Assembly (NCBI GenBank): GCA_963730185.1
Contig: CAVSQW010000015.1
Location: 448,001 to 512,000 of the forward strand
Source: an uncultured Gemmatimonadales bacterium
GTDB lineage: Bacteria > Gemmatimonadota > Gemmatimonadetes > Gemmatimonadales > GWC2-71-9
Length of the DNA: 64,000 nt
Direction of reading: 5' to 3'
Both the position numbers and the translations under genes were made by a program. This document shows, piece by piece, positions 36,914 to 47,019 of the stretch (its first letter is position 1; each line of letters begins with the position of its first letter). The notes under the pieces were generated by a model that saw nothing but the letters and a program-made list of their open reading frames with translations, ran no database searches and was not told where the DNA came from.

Positions 36914-36960
36914 CCACTACTCACCACTCCCTACTCACCACTCCCTACTCCGAGTCCCTA
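36914..36960 (+). repeat. C-rich heptamer tandem array (TACTCAC/CACTCCC), inverted relative to 36329-36388
   Basis: tactcac cactccc tactcac cactccc tactccg. Confidence 0.8.
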
Positions 36961-36962
36961 TC

Positions 36963-37364
36963 ATGCGCTGGTTGCTCAAGACCGAGCCCACCACCTTCAG
37001 TTACGCCGACCTGGTTCGCGAGAAGCGTTCCGTCTGGGACGGCGTCGCCAACCCGGTCGCGCTGAAGCACCTCCGCGCCATGCAGGCCGCCGACGAGGTC
37101 TTCATCTACCACACCGGCAAGGAGAAGGCTGTCGTCGGAATCGCCAAGGTCGTCAAGGGCGCCTATCCCGACCCCAAGGCCGGCGATCCCAAGCTGGTCG
37201 TCGTCGACCTGGTGCCCGTTCGGCCCCTCGAGGGCCCGGTCACCCTCGCCGCCATCAAGGCCGATCCCCGCTTCGCCGGGTGGGAACTGGTCCGGCTGCC
37301 CCGGCTCTCGGTGATGCCGGTGAGCGACGACCAATGGAAGTGGATCACCGCCATGGGTCTCTGA
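36963..37364 (+). CDS. EVE domain protein
   Basis: WLLKTEP..FS, WDGVAN, FIYHTG, RLSVMPV. Confidence 0.92.
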   Translation: MRWLLKTEPTTFSYADLVREKRSVWDGVANPVALKHLRAMQAADEVFIYHTGKEKAVVGIAKVVKGAYPDPKAGDPKLVVVDLVPVRPLEGPVTLAAIKADPRFAGWELVRLPRLSVMPVSDDQWKWITAMGL

Positions 37365-37439
37365 CCCGGCCGCGCCCTCCCGGGGGGCCCGAATGCTCCC
37401 CGCCTCGGGCACCCGCAAGGCCGCCGTCCACACCGGAAG

Positions 37440-37637
37440 CCCCCACTCCAAAGTCCTCCCACTCTCCACCCCCAACGCGCTCCCTCCCACCTCCCCCTCC
37501 GCCCTCCTCCCTCCCACCTCCGACCCCCTCCCTCCCTCCCTCCCTCCCTCCCGCTCCTCCTTCCTCCCCCCTACTGCCAACTCCCAACTCACTCCCTACT
37601 CCCTACTCCCAACTCTCTACTCACCATCCTCCCCTCT
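37440..37637 (+). repeat. C-rich low-complexity tract ending in TACTCCC/AACTCCC heptamer array (37572-37624)
   Basis: Read directly; tactccc is the exact reverse complement of gggagta. Confidence 0.8.
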
Positions 37638-37671
37638 AGCCCCCGAACAAAGGCCGATATACTTTCCGGCC

Positions 37672-39723
37672 ATGTCGCGATTCGAAGTCGAAGCTCCGTT
37701 CGCTCCCGCCGGTGACCAGCCCCAGGCCATCTCCGCCCTGGTCGACAGCCTGACCCGCGGCCACAAGCACCAGACCCTGCTCGGCGTGACCGGCTCGGGC
37801 AAGACGATGACCCTCGCCCACGTCATCGCGCACTACGGGAAGCCCACGCTGGTCATGTCGCACAACAAGACCCTCGCCGCGCAGCTCTACGGCGAGCTCA
37901 AGCAGTTCCTGCCTCGGAACGCGGTCGAGTACTTCGTCTCGTACTACGACTACTACCAGCCCGAGGCCTACGTCCCGGCCACCGACCTCTACATCGAGAA
38001 GGACGCCTCGATCAACGAGGACATCGAGTCGCTCCGGCTCCGGGCCACGTCGAGTCTCATGGAACGGGAAGACGTGGTGATCGTCGCGACGGTCAGCGCC
38101 ATCTACGGCCTGGGCGACCCGATCACCTATCGGAGCAACATGTTCTCGCTCCGGGTGGGCGAAGAGAAGGGGCGGGATCAGATTCTCGCCGACCTGGTCG
38201 CGGTCCAGTACACCCGGAACGACGTCTCGTTCGGTCCCGGCACCTTCCGGGTCAGGGGCGACACCGTCGAGATCTATCCGGCCTACGACGAGCAGGCCGT
38301 GCGGGTCGAGCTCTGGGGCGACACCATCGAGCGGATCTCCAAGGTCCATCCGACCACGGGTACGACCATCAGCCAGCTGGCGCAGTGCGCCATCTACCCG
38401 GCCACCCACTACGTCACCGAGCGGCCGGCGGTGGAGCGCGCCGTCCGGGCCATCCGGGCGGAGCTGGCGGAGCGGTTGCTCGAGTTCCGGACCGCCGGGC
38501 GGCTGCTCGAGGCGCAGCGTCTCGAGTCGCGGACCAACTTCGACATCGACATGCTGCTCGAGATCGGGACCTGTCCCGGGATCGAGAACTACTCCCGGCA
38601 CCTGAGCGAGCGGCGCCCGGGCGACCGGCCGGCCTGCCTGTTCGACTACTTTCCGGCCGATTTCCTGGTGGTGGTGGACGAGTCGCACGTGACCCTGCCG
38701 CAGATCGGCGGGATGTCCAACGGCGATCGGGCCCGGAAGGAGACGCTGGTCGAGTACGGCTTCCGGTTGCCGTCGGCGCTCGACAACCGCCCGCTCCGTT
38801 TCGACGAGTTCGAGCGGCTGGTGCCCCAGTTGCTCACCGTGTCCGCCACCCCTGGCGAATACGAGCTCGGGCTCTCGGGGCCGAACGTGGTGGAGCAGAT
38901 CATCCGACCGACCTTCCTGGTCGACCCGCAGGTCGAGATCCGGCCGGTGAAGGGGCAAGTCGACGATCTGTTGGGTGAGATTCGGGAGCGGGTGATCCGC
39001 CATGACCGGGTGCTGGTGACCACGCTCACCAAGCGGATGTCGGAAGACCTGACCGATTACCTCCAACAAGTCGGGATCCGGGTGCGCTATCTCCACTCCG
39101 ACATCGACGCCATCGAGCGGATGGAGATCCTTCGGGGACTCCGGCTGGGCGACTTCGACGTGCTGGTGGGCATCAACCTGCTCCGCGAAGGGCTCGACCT
39201 GCCCGAGGTGTCGCTGGTGGCGATCCTCGACGCCGACCAGGAGGGTTTCCTCCGGAGCGATCGCTCGCTGATCCAGACCGTCGGCCGCGCCGCCCGGCAC
39301 GTGAACGGCCTCGGGATCCTCTACGCGGACCGAGTGACCGGGTCCATGCGCCGAGCCCTCGACGAGATGGACCGGCGCCGGACGATCCAGCTCGCCTACA
39401 ACGAGACCCACGGTCTGACGCCCACCTCGATCGTCAAGTCGACCGAGGAGGTCCGGCTCACCACCCACGTGGCCGATGCCCGGACCGAGAAGCCCACCCG
39501 TGAGAAGCGGACGCTGTTCGACGATCTTCGCGACCCGGCCCGGCGAGCGGCCGCGATGCAGGCCCTGGAGCAGCAGATGCGCGAGGCGGCGGCCAACCTG
39601 GAGTTCGAACTGGCCGCCATGCTCCGCGACCAGCTCAACGAGCTCCGGGCCCTGGATTCCGGGAACGTCGCCCGGCCGACGGCCGGACCGCCCCGGCGCC
39701 GGGCCCGGTCGGGGAGTCGTTAG
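37672..39723 (+). CDS. uvrB: Excinuclease ABC subunit B
   Basis: [39 protein letters not shown]-terminal UVR domain. Confidence 0.97.
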   Translation: MSRFEVEAPFAPAGDQPQAISALVDSLTRGHKHQTLLGVTGSGKTMTLAHVIAHYGKPTLVMSHNKTLAAQLYGELKQFLPRNAVEYFVSYYDYYQPEAYVPATDLYIEKDASINEDIESLRLRATSSLMEREDVVIVATVSAIYGLGDPITYRSNMFSLRVGEEKGRDQILADLVAVQYTRNDVSFGPGTFRVRGDTVEIYPAYDEQAVRVELWGDTIERISKVHPTTGTTISQLAQCAIYPATHYVTERPAVERAVRAIRAELAERLLEFRTAGRLLEAQRLESRTNFDIDMLLEIGTCPGIENYSRHLSERRPGDRPACLFDYFPADFLVVVDESHVTLPQIGGMSNGDRARKETLVEYGFRLPSALDNRPLRFDEFERLVPQLLTVSATPGEYELGLSGPNVVEQIIRPTFLVDPQVEIRPVKGQVDDLLGEIRERVIRHDRVLVTTLTKRMSEDLTDYLQQVGIRVRYLHSDIDAIERMEILRGLRLGDFDVLVGINLLREGLDLPEVSLVAILDADQEGFLRSDRSLIQTVGRAARHVNGLGILYADRVTGSMRRALDEMDRRRTIQLAYNETHGLTPTSIVKSTEEVRLTTHVADARTEKPTREKRTLFDDLRDPARRAAAMQALEQQMREAAANLEFELAAMLRDQLNELRALDSGNVARPTAGPPRRRARSGSR

Positions 39724-40169
39724 GTGCCTCGCCGATCCGATCTTGGGGCAACCCCGGTGCATCGGACGCTGACCGAGGCCGAGCTGGTGGCCTGGGGTGA
39801 GGCGCTGGGCCGGGATCTTCCCCCGGACAGGTCCTCTGGCTCCAGGGCGACCTCGGCGCCGGCAAGACCACCTTGGTGCAGGCCATCGCCCGGGCCCTCG
39901 GCGTGGCTCACCCCGCCACCAGCCCCACCTACGACCTGGTCCACCGGTACGAGGCGCCCCGAGGGCCGATCTATCACGTGGATTGCTACCGGCTTCGCCG
40001 CCCCGACGACGCGGCTGACCTCGACTGGGAGACCCTCGCGAGCGGAGACCTGCTGCTGGTGGAGTGGCCGGAGCGGGCGGAGGCCTGGGCCCCGCCGCCC
40101 ACCCGCCGGATCGGCTTGGCCCACGCCGACGACCCCGACGTCCGGATCCTGACCACGGAGGCACCGTGA
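39724..40169 (+). CDS. tsaE: t6A biosynthesis ATPase TsaE (apparent frameshift ~39830; start uncertain)
   Basis: LQGDLGAGKTT, TSPTY, YHVDCYRL, LVEWPER. Confidence 0.88.
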
Positions 40170-40891
40170 CCGCGCTCCTCGCCATCGACTCCGCATCGGC
40201 CCGGCTGTCGATCGCGGTGCGGGGGCCGGACGGCACGCTCGCGGAGCGGGAGCTGGTCGGAGCGCGCCGGCACGCGGGCCGGCTCGGCCCGCTGGTGGTC
40301 GAGGCGTTGGCCGAGGTCGGCGCCGATCTCGGCCAGCTCGAGGGCGTGGTGGTGAGCGACGGGCCGGGGAGCTTCACCGGACTGAGGGTCACCGCGGCCT
40401 TCGCCAAGGGGCTGGCCCGGACTCGAGGGCTCCCACTCTGGACCGCGTCGACCCTGCTGGTCCGCGCCGTCGGCGCGCCCGGCGCCAGCGGGGGCGGGCT
40501 CGTCGCCGGCGTGGGATCGGCCCTCCGGGGCGAGCTGTACGTCGGGGTCTACCGGGTTATGGGCGAGGCGGTCGAGACCCTCCTCGCGCCGAGGGTGACC
40601 GGCCCCGCGGCGGCGCTCCCCGGCATCGGCGCGGTCGACCTGGTGGTCGGGGACCTCGAGCCGGACCAGCTGGAGGCGTTTCCTTGGGCCCGGACCGCCC
40701 GCCGCATCGGCCCGCCGGCCGGGCTTCCCAGCGGCCGGGTGCTGCTCGGATTGGTGGGCCTGCTGGGCGGGGCGCGGCCGATTGCCGAGCCGGCCGGGTG
40801 GGAGCCCACCTACGGCCGGCCGGCCGAGGCCCAGGCCAAGTGGGAGAGGGAGCATGGACGACCGCTGGTCGTTCCGTCCCGCGACGGCTGA
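40166..40891 (+). CDS. tsaB: t6A biosynthesis protein TsaB
   Basis: LLAIDSA, GPGSFTGLRV, EPTYGR. Confidence 0.92.
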   Translation: MTALLAIDSASARLSIAVRGPDGTLAERELVGARRHAGRLGPLVVEALAEVGADLGQLEGVVVSDGPGSFTGLRVTAAFAKGLARTRGLPLWTASTLLVRAVGAPGASGGGLVAGVGSALRGELYVGVYRVMGEAVETLLAPRVTGPAAALPGIGAVDLVVGDLEPDQLEAFPWARTARRIGPPAGLPSGRVLLGLVGLLGGARPIAEPAGWEPTYGRPAEAQAKWEREHGRPLVVPSRDG

Positions 40892-41321
40892 CGACGCGGC
40901 CCTCGTCGCCGGGGGAGAGCAGGCCTGTTTCGCCGATCCCTGGCAGGAAGACGGGATCCGTGAAATGTTGCAGGAAGAAACGGTGATCGGGGTTCTGGTC
41001 GACGATCCGAGGGCGAAATCACGCCTTGCAGGATACCTCCTGGCCCGGACGATCGCGGGGGAGGGTGAGGTGCTGACGTTGGGGGTCCATCCGGAGTACC
41101 GTCGGGGCGGCCTGGGTCGGGCGCTCCTGGCGGCGGGTATCGCCCGGATGGTGGCGGCCGGCGCCCGGGTGGTGTTTCTCGAGGTCAGGGAATCGAACCG
41201 AGCGGCGCGGGCACTGTACGAATCGGCCGGGTTCCGCCCGGCGGGTGTCCGCCCCCACTACTATCGTCGTCCGCGCGAGAACGCGCTGGTGCTTCGGTGG
41301 GCCGCCGACGCCCTGGCGTAA
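40854..41321 (+). CDS. rimI: Ribosomal protein S18 alanine N-acetyltransferase
   Basis: GNAT motifs RRGGLG, FLEVRESN, YY..P.ENA; follows tsaB. Confidence 0.88.
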   Translation: MDDRWSFRPATADDAALVAGGEQACFADPWQEDGIREMLQEETVIGVLVDDPRAKSRLAGYLLARTIAGEGEVLTLGVHPEYRRGGLGRALLAAGIARMVAAGARVVFLEVRESNRAARALYESAGFRPAGVRPHYYRRPRENALVLRWAADALA

Positions 41322-41348
41322 AACCGGTCCACGTTAGCGTATCTTTGG

Positions 41349-41377
41349 TTGACCTAACAACTTAGCGGTCCTATAGT
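41349..41377 (+). promoter_or_regulatory. Sigma70-type promoter of ssb
   Basis: TTGACC-17 nt-TATAGT; GGAGGAG SD before the ATG at 41428. Confidence 0.8.
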
Positions 41378-41427
41378 TTGGCTGGGTCAGCCGCAAACTC
41401 GACCGTCAGTGTCACCTGGAGGAGTCC

Positions 41428-41907
41428 ATGAGCCGCAGCCTGAACAAAGCCACCCTGATTGGCAACCTCGGTGCCGATCCGGAAGTCCGCAGCACCTCGA
41501 ACGGCGGGCGGGTAGCGACCCTGTCCGTGGCCACGAGCCGCCGGTGGCGCAATCAGTCGGGGGAAATGCAGGAAAAGACCGAGTGGCATCGGGTTGTGCT
41601 CTGGAACAACAAGGGCTCAAATCTTGCTGACGTGGCCGAACGCTATTGCAAGAAGGGCGACAAGGTCTACGTCGAGGGCAGCATCGAATACCGGAGTTGG
41701 CAGGATCGCGAGGGCCAGACGCGGTACACCACCGAGATCTCGGCCCGCGAGTTGATCATGCTGTCCGGTCGGGGTGGCTCAGACGGAGGCGAGTCGTATT
41801 CGCCGTCGAAGGCGACGGCCGGGGCGCCGGTGGCGCCGCCGAAGGACCAGTCCTTCGAAGACTTCCCGGAGGCACTCGATGCTGAGGATGACGATCTGCC
41901 GTTCTAG
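41428..41907 (+). CDS. ssb: Single-stranded DNA-binding protein
   Basis: [23 protein letters not shown]-terminal DDDLPF. Confidence 0.97.
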   Translation: MSRSLNKATLIGNLGADPEVRSTSNGGRVATLSVATSRRWRNQSGEMQEKTEWHRVVLWNNKGSNLADVAERYCKKGDKVYVEGSIEYRSWQDREGQTRYTTEISARELIMLSGRGGSDGGESYSPSKATAGAPVAPPKDQSFEDFPEALDAEDDDLPF

Positions 41908-43096
41908 AGTGTTCGTCGCCGTTTTGGCTTTGGCTGCGGTCGTCGGCCCGTTGTCGACGGCCTCGGCCCAGGCGGCGGCGAAGCCCCAGACCTACACGGT
42001 CAAGCGGGGCGACACGCTGATGTCGATCGCTCGGGAGATGTACGGCGATGCGGCGCGCTGGCAGGAGATCTTCAAGGCGAATTCCGGCCATCTCTCCGAT
42101 CCGCAGAAGATCTATCCCGGCATGGTGCTGACGCTTCCGGCGGCAGGTGGCGCCGCCGCGGCCCCGGCCAAGCCGGCCGAGGAGCCCAAGGCCGCCCCGG
42201 CCCGAGCCGAGCCGCCCAAGGCCCAACCGTCCCGGCAGGAGCCGCCGCGTCGCGAGATCCAGACGCCGCAGCCTCAGCCCGAGCGTCCGGCGATCGTGAT
42301 CCAGGAACCCGAACAGCGGCCCGAGCCGGCTCACGACTCGCTGTTCGTTCGGAGGCGTGGCGTTGACGCCTATACGGCCCTGCGGACCTACCGCGAGCAG
42401 CCGTACCGGCCGCTCCGGCCGGGCGAGTTCTTCAGTGCGGGGTTTCTCACCGAGGACCAGACGCTGCCGTTCGGCCGGGTGCTGGGCGCCGTGACTCCCG
42501 AGCAGATCCGCAACCTGACCGAGCGCGGCACCGTGATGCTCGGAACCACGATCGCCATTCGGCCGCCCGAGGGCGCCCAGTACGCGGTCAACGACTCCCT
42601 GATGATCTGTGAGACTTTCCAGGGTCCCAAGGGCTATGGCGACATCGTCTACCCCACCGGCATGGCCCGGGTCACCGGCCAGAACGACGGTCAGGCGATC
42701 GCGATCGTCGTGTCGGTGTACGGCGCCATCCGGAACGGCCAGTTCGCCCTGCCGGCGGAGAAGTTCGTCCCCGGCGGCAACTCGCGGGCGCAGCCCGTCA
42801 CCAACGGGGTCACCGGCACCATCCTCGGTCAGCGCGAGCCGCGGGAGCTCAAGCACCCGCAGGACTTCATCTTCATCAGCGTCGGCAAGGCCGACGGGGT
42901 GGCGCGAGGCGACATCTTCGAGGTACGTCGGGACGCGCATGCCCGGGTGGGCGCGGCCGACACCATGGACGAGCTGATGGCCACCCTTCAGGTGGTCCAT
43001 GTCCGGGATCATTCGTCGACCGCCAAGATCATCAACGTCGTGTCGCCGGACATCGCCCCCGGAACCCGGGTGGTGCAGGTGGCCAAGCTGCCCTGA
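41888..43096 (+). CDS. Exported LysM peptidoglycan-binding protein (TsaP-like architecture)
   Basis: Signal peptide ASA-Q; Lys[10 protein letters not shown]...IYPGMVL; Pro-rich linker; C-terminal [13 protein letters not shown] beta domain. Confidence 0.8.
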   Translation: MTICRSRVFVAVLALAAVVGPLSTASAQAAAKPQTYTVKRGDTLMSIAREMYGDAARWQEIFKANSGHLSDPQKIYPGMVLTLPAAGGAAAAPAKPAEEPKAAPARAEPPKAQPSRQEPPRREIQTPQPQPERPAIVIQEPEQRPEPAHDSLFVRRRGVDAYTALRTYREQPYRPLRPGEFFSAGFLTEDQTLPFGRVLGAVTPEQIRNLTERGTVMLGTTIAIRPPEGAQYAVNDSLMICETFQGPKGYGDIVYPTGMARVTGQNDGQAIAIVVSVYGAIRNGQFALPAEKFVPGGNSRAQPVTNGVTGTILGQREPRELKHPQDFIFISVGKADGVARGDIFEVRRDAHARVGAADTMDELMATLQVVHVRDHSSTAKIINVVSPDIAPGTRVVQVAKLP

Positions 43097-43127
43097 TCGG
43101 GCTGCCGGGTGCGGGGAATCAGTCAAG

Positions 43128-43159
43128 CGAGGCCGGGGGCGACCCGGCCTCGTCGTTTT
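43128..43159 (+). terminator. Intrinsic terminator after LysM gene
   Basis: CGAGGCCGGG-GGCGA-CCCGGCCTCG-TCGTTTT. Confidence 0.65.
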
Positions 43160-43304
43160 GGCGGCACCAAGCCTCGTCACATCCGGGCCCGGTCCTACTA
43201 TCTTCCCACGCTGTGACGATTTGCGGCGCTCGCGCGTCTCACTCCGAGCGGGTGCGGCCGGAGTCGCCGACGCGCCGGACCCATAGAACCCTCGAGGAGC
43301 CGGA

Positions 43305-44024
43305 ATGGTTCTGACGCTGCAAGCCACGACGCAGGTCCCCGCCAGCGTCTGGGAGCTGGTCCTCTACTCCAGTCTCGAAACCAAGATCGTCCTCGGCGTC
43401 ACGCTGGTGTTCTCCTTTTTCTCCTGGTTCTTGATCGTCTTCAAGGGGTGGCAGTTCCGGCGTCTGCGGCGCCAGGGGGAGCGCTTCTTCCTGGCCGTGG
43501 AGGCGGCTCCCAAACTCCAGGATGCCTACCGGGTGGTCGCCAAGCTTCCGGCCTCGCCGTTCCACCGGCTGTTCCGCGAGGGGATGACGTTCTACAACGA
43601 GATTCGGCCCGGGGTGGTGCTCGATGGGCCGCCGCCTCAGCACCGCGCCTTCGAGCCCACCCAGCTCGAGGCCTTCAAGATGGTGCTCGGCAAGGAGGTC
43701 GCGACCGAACGCGACCAGGCCGGCCGGTTCGTGCCGTGGCTGGCGACCATCGGGAGCGTCAGTCCGCTCCTGGGTCTGCTGGGGACGGTGCTGGGCGTCA
43801 TGGACGCCTTCATCGGGATCAGCACCAAGGGGTCGGGCAACATCTCGGCCGTGGCGCCCGGCGTCGCGGAGGCCCTGATCACCACGGTGGCCGGCCTGGC
43901 TGCGGCGATTCCGGCCGTCATGGCCTACAACTACTTCGCCGGGAAGACGAGCCAGTTCGAGGGCGACCTCGAAGGGTTCGGCGCCGCGCTGGTGGGTTGG
44001 ATGGCGCGTGAGGGGTGGCTCTAG
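43305..44024 (+). CDS. tolQ: TolQ (MotA/TolQ/ExbB family)
   Basis: LATIGSVSPLLGLLGTVLG, APGVAEALITT..GL..AIPA; tol-pal context. Confidence 0.9.
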   Translation: MVLTLQATTQVPASVWELVLYSSLETKIVLGVTLVFSFFSWFLIVFKGWQFRRLRRQGERFFLAVEAAPKLQDAYRVVAKLPASPFHRLFREGMTFYNEIRPGVVLDGPPPQHRAFEPTQLEAFKMVLGKEVATERDQAGRFVPWLATIGSVSPLLGLLGTVLGVMDAFIGISTKGSGNISAVAPGVAEALITTVAGLAAAIPAVMAYNYFAGKTSQFEGDLEGFGAALVGWMAREGWL

Positions 44025-44025
44025 C

Positions 44026-44457
44026 ATGGCGGGCGGGTTGGGGAGCGGGCTCGGTGGGCGGCGGCGGCTCGTGCCGAACGCCGACATCAACGTCACCTCG
44101 TTGGTCGATATCGCCTTCGTTCTCCTGATCATCTTCATGATCACCGCGCCGATCATGCAGGGCGGGGTGGACGTGGAGCTCCCCAAGGCGGAGGCCCGAC
44201 CGATCACGTCGAAGGACGGCGTGGTGGTCAGCGTGGATCGGCAGGGCCAGATCTGGGTCGACAACATCCGGGTGTCGTATCCCGAGCTTCAGGCGAGCAT
44301 CCGGCGCCTGGTGGATCAACGGAACACGTCGAGCGTCTACGTTCGGGGTGACCGGAACGTCCCATACGGTACCGTCGTCCGGGTGCTGGCGGCGCTGCAC
44401 GACGCGGGCATCACGTCGGCGGGCCTGGTCACCGAGGAGGAAGACGTCCGCCGATGA
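44026..44457 (+). CDS. tolR: TolR (ExbD/TolR family)
   Basis: INVTSLVDIAFVLLIIFMITAP, VRGDRNVPYG. Confidence 0.9.
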   Translation: MAGGLGSGLGGRRRLVPNADINVTSLVDIAFVLLIIFMITAPIMQGGVDVELPKAEARPITSKDGVVVSVDRQGQIWVDNIRVSYPELQASIRRLVDQRNTSSVYVRGDRNVPYGTVVRVLAALHDAGITSAGLVTEEEDVRR

Positions 44458-45143
44458 GGTTCCGACGGACCGTGGCCATGCCCCGGGGCGGCTTTGCGGT
44501 GGGGCTCGTGGGGACGACGGTGGTGCACCTGGCGGCGCTGGCCGCCTTGGTGGCGAGTGTGATGCTCCGGCCGAAATCCTACCAGCCGACGATCTACTCG
44601 GTCGAGCTGGTGGCGGCCCCGGCGCCGACCCGCGCGCCCAAGCCCCGAGCCGAGACGCCGCCGGCGCCGCCCCCGCCGCCGGTGGCGCCGACCAAGCCCG
44701 AGGTGAAGAAGGCACCGGTACCGAAGCCCAAGGTGCCGAAGAAGATCGATCCCAAGGTGGAGCCGACCACCAAGCCCGTGACCCAGGAGGTCCCGAATCC
44801 CGGGGCGACGCCCAGCACCGGCAACGACGTCGACAACGTCCGGGTGGAAGGGAAGGTCTTTCCTTTCCCGGACTATCTCCGCCGGATCGTGAACGAGATC
44901 CTCCGGCGCTGGTCGGCCCCGACCGGCCTGCCGCTCTCGGCGGAAGTGAGTTTTACCATCATGCGGGACGGTTCGGTGACGAACATCAGAGTCGTGCGAT
45001 CCTCACGGAACTACACCTTCGACCTCGAGGCCGAGGGGGCGGTCGAGCAGGCCGGTGGAGACAAGGCCTTCGGGCCCCTGCCGACCGGTTGGCCGCAGGA
45101 GACCCTCGACGTGGCTTTCCACTTCACCCCGAGGGAGCGCTAA
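44454..45143 (+). CDS. TolA/TonB-family energy transducer
   Basis: N-terminal TM helix with His; Pro/Lys-rich linker; TonB_C-like domain (FTIMRDGSV...SS...FD). Confidence 0.8.
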   Translation: MRFRRTVAMPRGGFAVGLVGTTVVHLAALAALVASVMLRPKSYQPTIYSVELVAAPAPTRAPKPRAETPPAPPPPPVAPTKPEVKKAPVPKPKVPKKIDPKVEPTTKPVTQEVPNPGATPSTGNDVDNVRVEGKVFPFPDYLRRIVNEILRRWSAPTGLPLSAEVSFTIMRDGSVTNIRVVRSSRNYTFDLEAEGAVEQAGGDKAFGPLPTGWPQETLDVAFHFTPRER

Positions 45144-46462
45144 TGCGTCGTTGGCTGATCCTGGGACTGCTCGGCGTGGGGTTGGCGGGCCCGGCCACTG
45201 CGCAGGTACCGGACTCCTCGCGAGCCCAGGCTCGCGACACAGTCGTCCTCTACGGCAAGTACAACCCGGCCGTGCGGCCGGCCATCGTGATCCTGCCAGG
45301 GCCGGGGATCGACTCGGTCCGGTCGATCTTCGCGCGCGACCTCGATTTCAGCGACCGGTTCGAAATCATCGCCCTGCCGGACGGTGGGGCGCCGGTGGCG
45401 GCCACGGATAGCGCGCTGATCAACTACGAGCTGTATCGGACACTTCGCGCCTCGCTGGCAGTCGAGCTCTCAGGCGAAAGTGGAAATGTTACCATCCGTC
45501 TCTTCGATCTTCTCAACGAGCGGGTTCGGAACGAGATGACCGTGCCGGTGGACGGCTCCGGGGTGGGCGAGGCCCGGATGTCGGTGCACCGGATGTCGGA
45601 CGACGTGGTGGGGTGGATCACCGGGCGCTCGGGCGTGGCGGCGACCCGGATTCTGTACCTCAACCGGGTCGACGCCCGGGTCTATCGGGTGGACAGCGAC
45701 GGATACGGCGCGGTGCCGGTGACGCCGCCGGGCCAGCTGGTGGTGTCGCCGACCTGGTCTCCGGACGGGTCGCGGCTGGCGTATACCCAGTTGGGCGGTC
45801 CGGGGCCGGGCGTGATCATGCTTCAGTCGATCGCCACCGGAACCAGGTTGGTGGTCCCGACGACCGACCAGGGGCAGAATATCACCCCGGCCTTTTCGCC
45901 TGACGGGCGGAGCCTGATGTTCTCGCGGATGACCGAGCAGGCGTCGAACCTCTACGCCGTGAACGTGGCCGACCTTTGCTGCGCGGAACGCCTGACGGCA
46001 GGCAGGTTTGCGCAAAATCTATCGCCCGTCTATTCTCCCGATGGCCGGCGCGTCGCGTTCGTCTCGAACCGGTCCGGGTCGCCTCAGATCTACTCGATGG
46101 CGGCCGACGGCACGGACCAGGATCTCCTGGTTCCGTACGACTTTGGATCTACCGGATCGTCGTATGCGCCGGACTGGTCACCTGACGGAACCACCATCGT
46201 GTTTCACCGGGAGTTCGACGGCGTGCCTCAGGTCGTCAGCTTCGATCTGGCCAGCCGGGTGGTACGTCAGCGAACCTCGTCGGGCCGGAACGAGGACCCG
46301 AGTTTCGCCCCCGACAGCCGCCATGTGGTATTCGTATCGAACCGGTCGGGACGAGGGCAGCTCTTCGTCATCGATCTCGAAACCGGTCGGGTCCGGCAGA
46401 TTATCACGCCTGGGGTGGCCCGCCTGCCCTCCTGGTCCCGTTCGCTCACACGTGGGAGATGA
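45143..46462 (+). CDS. tolB: Tol-Pal beta-propeller protein TolB
   Basis: DLDFSDRF plus repeated P.WSPDG (PD40) units. Confidence 0.88.
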   Translation: MRRWLILGLLGVGLAGPATAQVPDSSRAQARDTVVLYGKYNPAVRPAIVILPGPGIDSVRSIFARDLDFSDRFEIIALPDGGAPVAATDSALINYELYRTLRASLAVELSGESGNVTIRLFDLLNERVRNEMTVPVDGSGVGEARMSVHRMSDDVVGWITGRSGVAATRILYLNRVDARVYRVDSDGYGAVPVTPPGQLVVSPTWSPDGSRLAYTQLGGPGPGVIMLQSIATGTRLVVPTTDQGQNITPAFSPDGRSLMFSRMTEQASNLYAVNVADLCCAERLTAGRFAQNLSPVYSPDGRRVAFVSNRSGSPQIYSMAADGTDQDLLVPYDFGSTGSSYAPDWSPDGTTIVFHREFDGVPQVVSFDLASRVVRQRTSSGRNEDPSFAPDSRHVVFVSNRSGRGQLFVIDLETGRVRQIITPGVARLPSWSRSLTRGR

Positions 46463-47019
46463 CTGACATGCAGCTGCGATCCCTCGTTCTCGCCGGGCTG
46501 GTGTTTGCCGTCGCGTGCGGTAAGAAGAAGCCCGAGACCACGCCGGAGCCGACGTCCGGACCCGTTGCCCCGCCGCCCGCACCGGCGCCGGCCCCGCCCC
46601 CGCCGCCGCCGGCCGACAACTCCGCCGCCGAGGCCGCGATGCGGGCCGAGCTGATGGGCTCGCTCACGGCGCCGATCCACTTCGAGTACGATCAGGACGC
46701 GATCAGCTCGATGGATGCCGCGATCCTCGACCGGAAGGCCGCGATCATGCAGGCCAACCCGGGCGTCCGGATCCGGATTGCGGGTAACGCCGACGAGCGC
46801 GGCTCCGACGAGTACAACCTGGTGCTCGGCACCAAGCGGGCGACGGCGGCCAAGCGCTATCTCGAGTCCAAGGGGATTGACGCCGGTCGGGTCGACATCA
46901 TCTCCTACGGCGAGGAGCGGCCGGTCGACCGGGGCGAGAACGACGCGGCCTGGGCCAAGAACCGGCGTGACGACTTCGAGGTGGTGTCCGGCGCCGAGCG
47001 CCTGGTCGCGCCCAGATGA
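46459..47019 (+). CDS. pal: Peptidoglycan-associated lipoprotein
   Basis: Lipobox AVA-C; IHFEYD, GNADERGSDEYN, SYGEERP, NRR. Confidence 0.92.
   Translation: MTDMQLRSLVLAGLVFAVACGKKKPETTPEPTSGPVAPPPAPAPAPPPPPPADNSAAEAAMRAELMGSLTAPIHFEYDQDAISSMDAAILDRKAAIMQANPGVRIRIAGNADERGSDEYNLVLGTKRATAAKRYLESKGIDAGRVDIISYGEERPVDRGENDAAWAKNRRDDFEVVSGAERLVAPR

Noticed and set aside
36329..37637. CRISPR array or DGR
   Set aside because: The repeats are 7-bp tandem units without spacers; no cas genes, reverse transcriptase or TR/VR pair in the window
37640..37660. LexA box upstream of uvrB
   Set aside because: Only a CGAAC half-site is present, with no matching GTTCG, so it is not supportable
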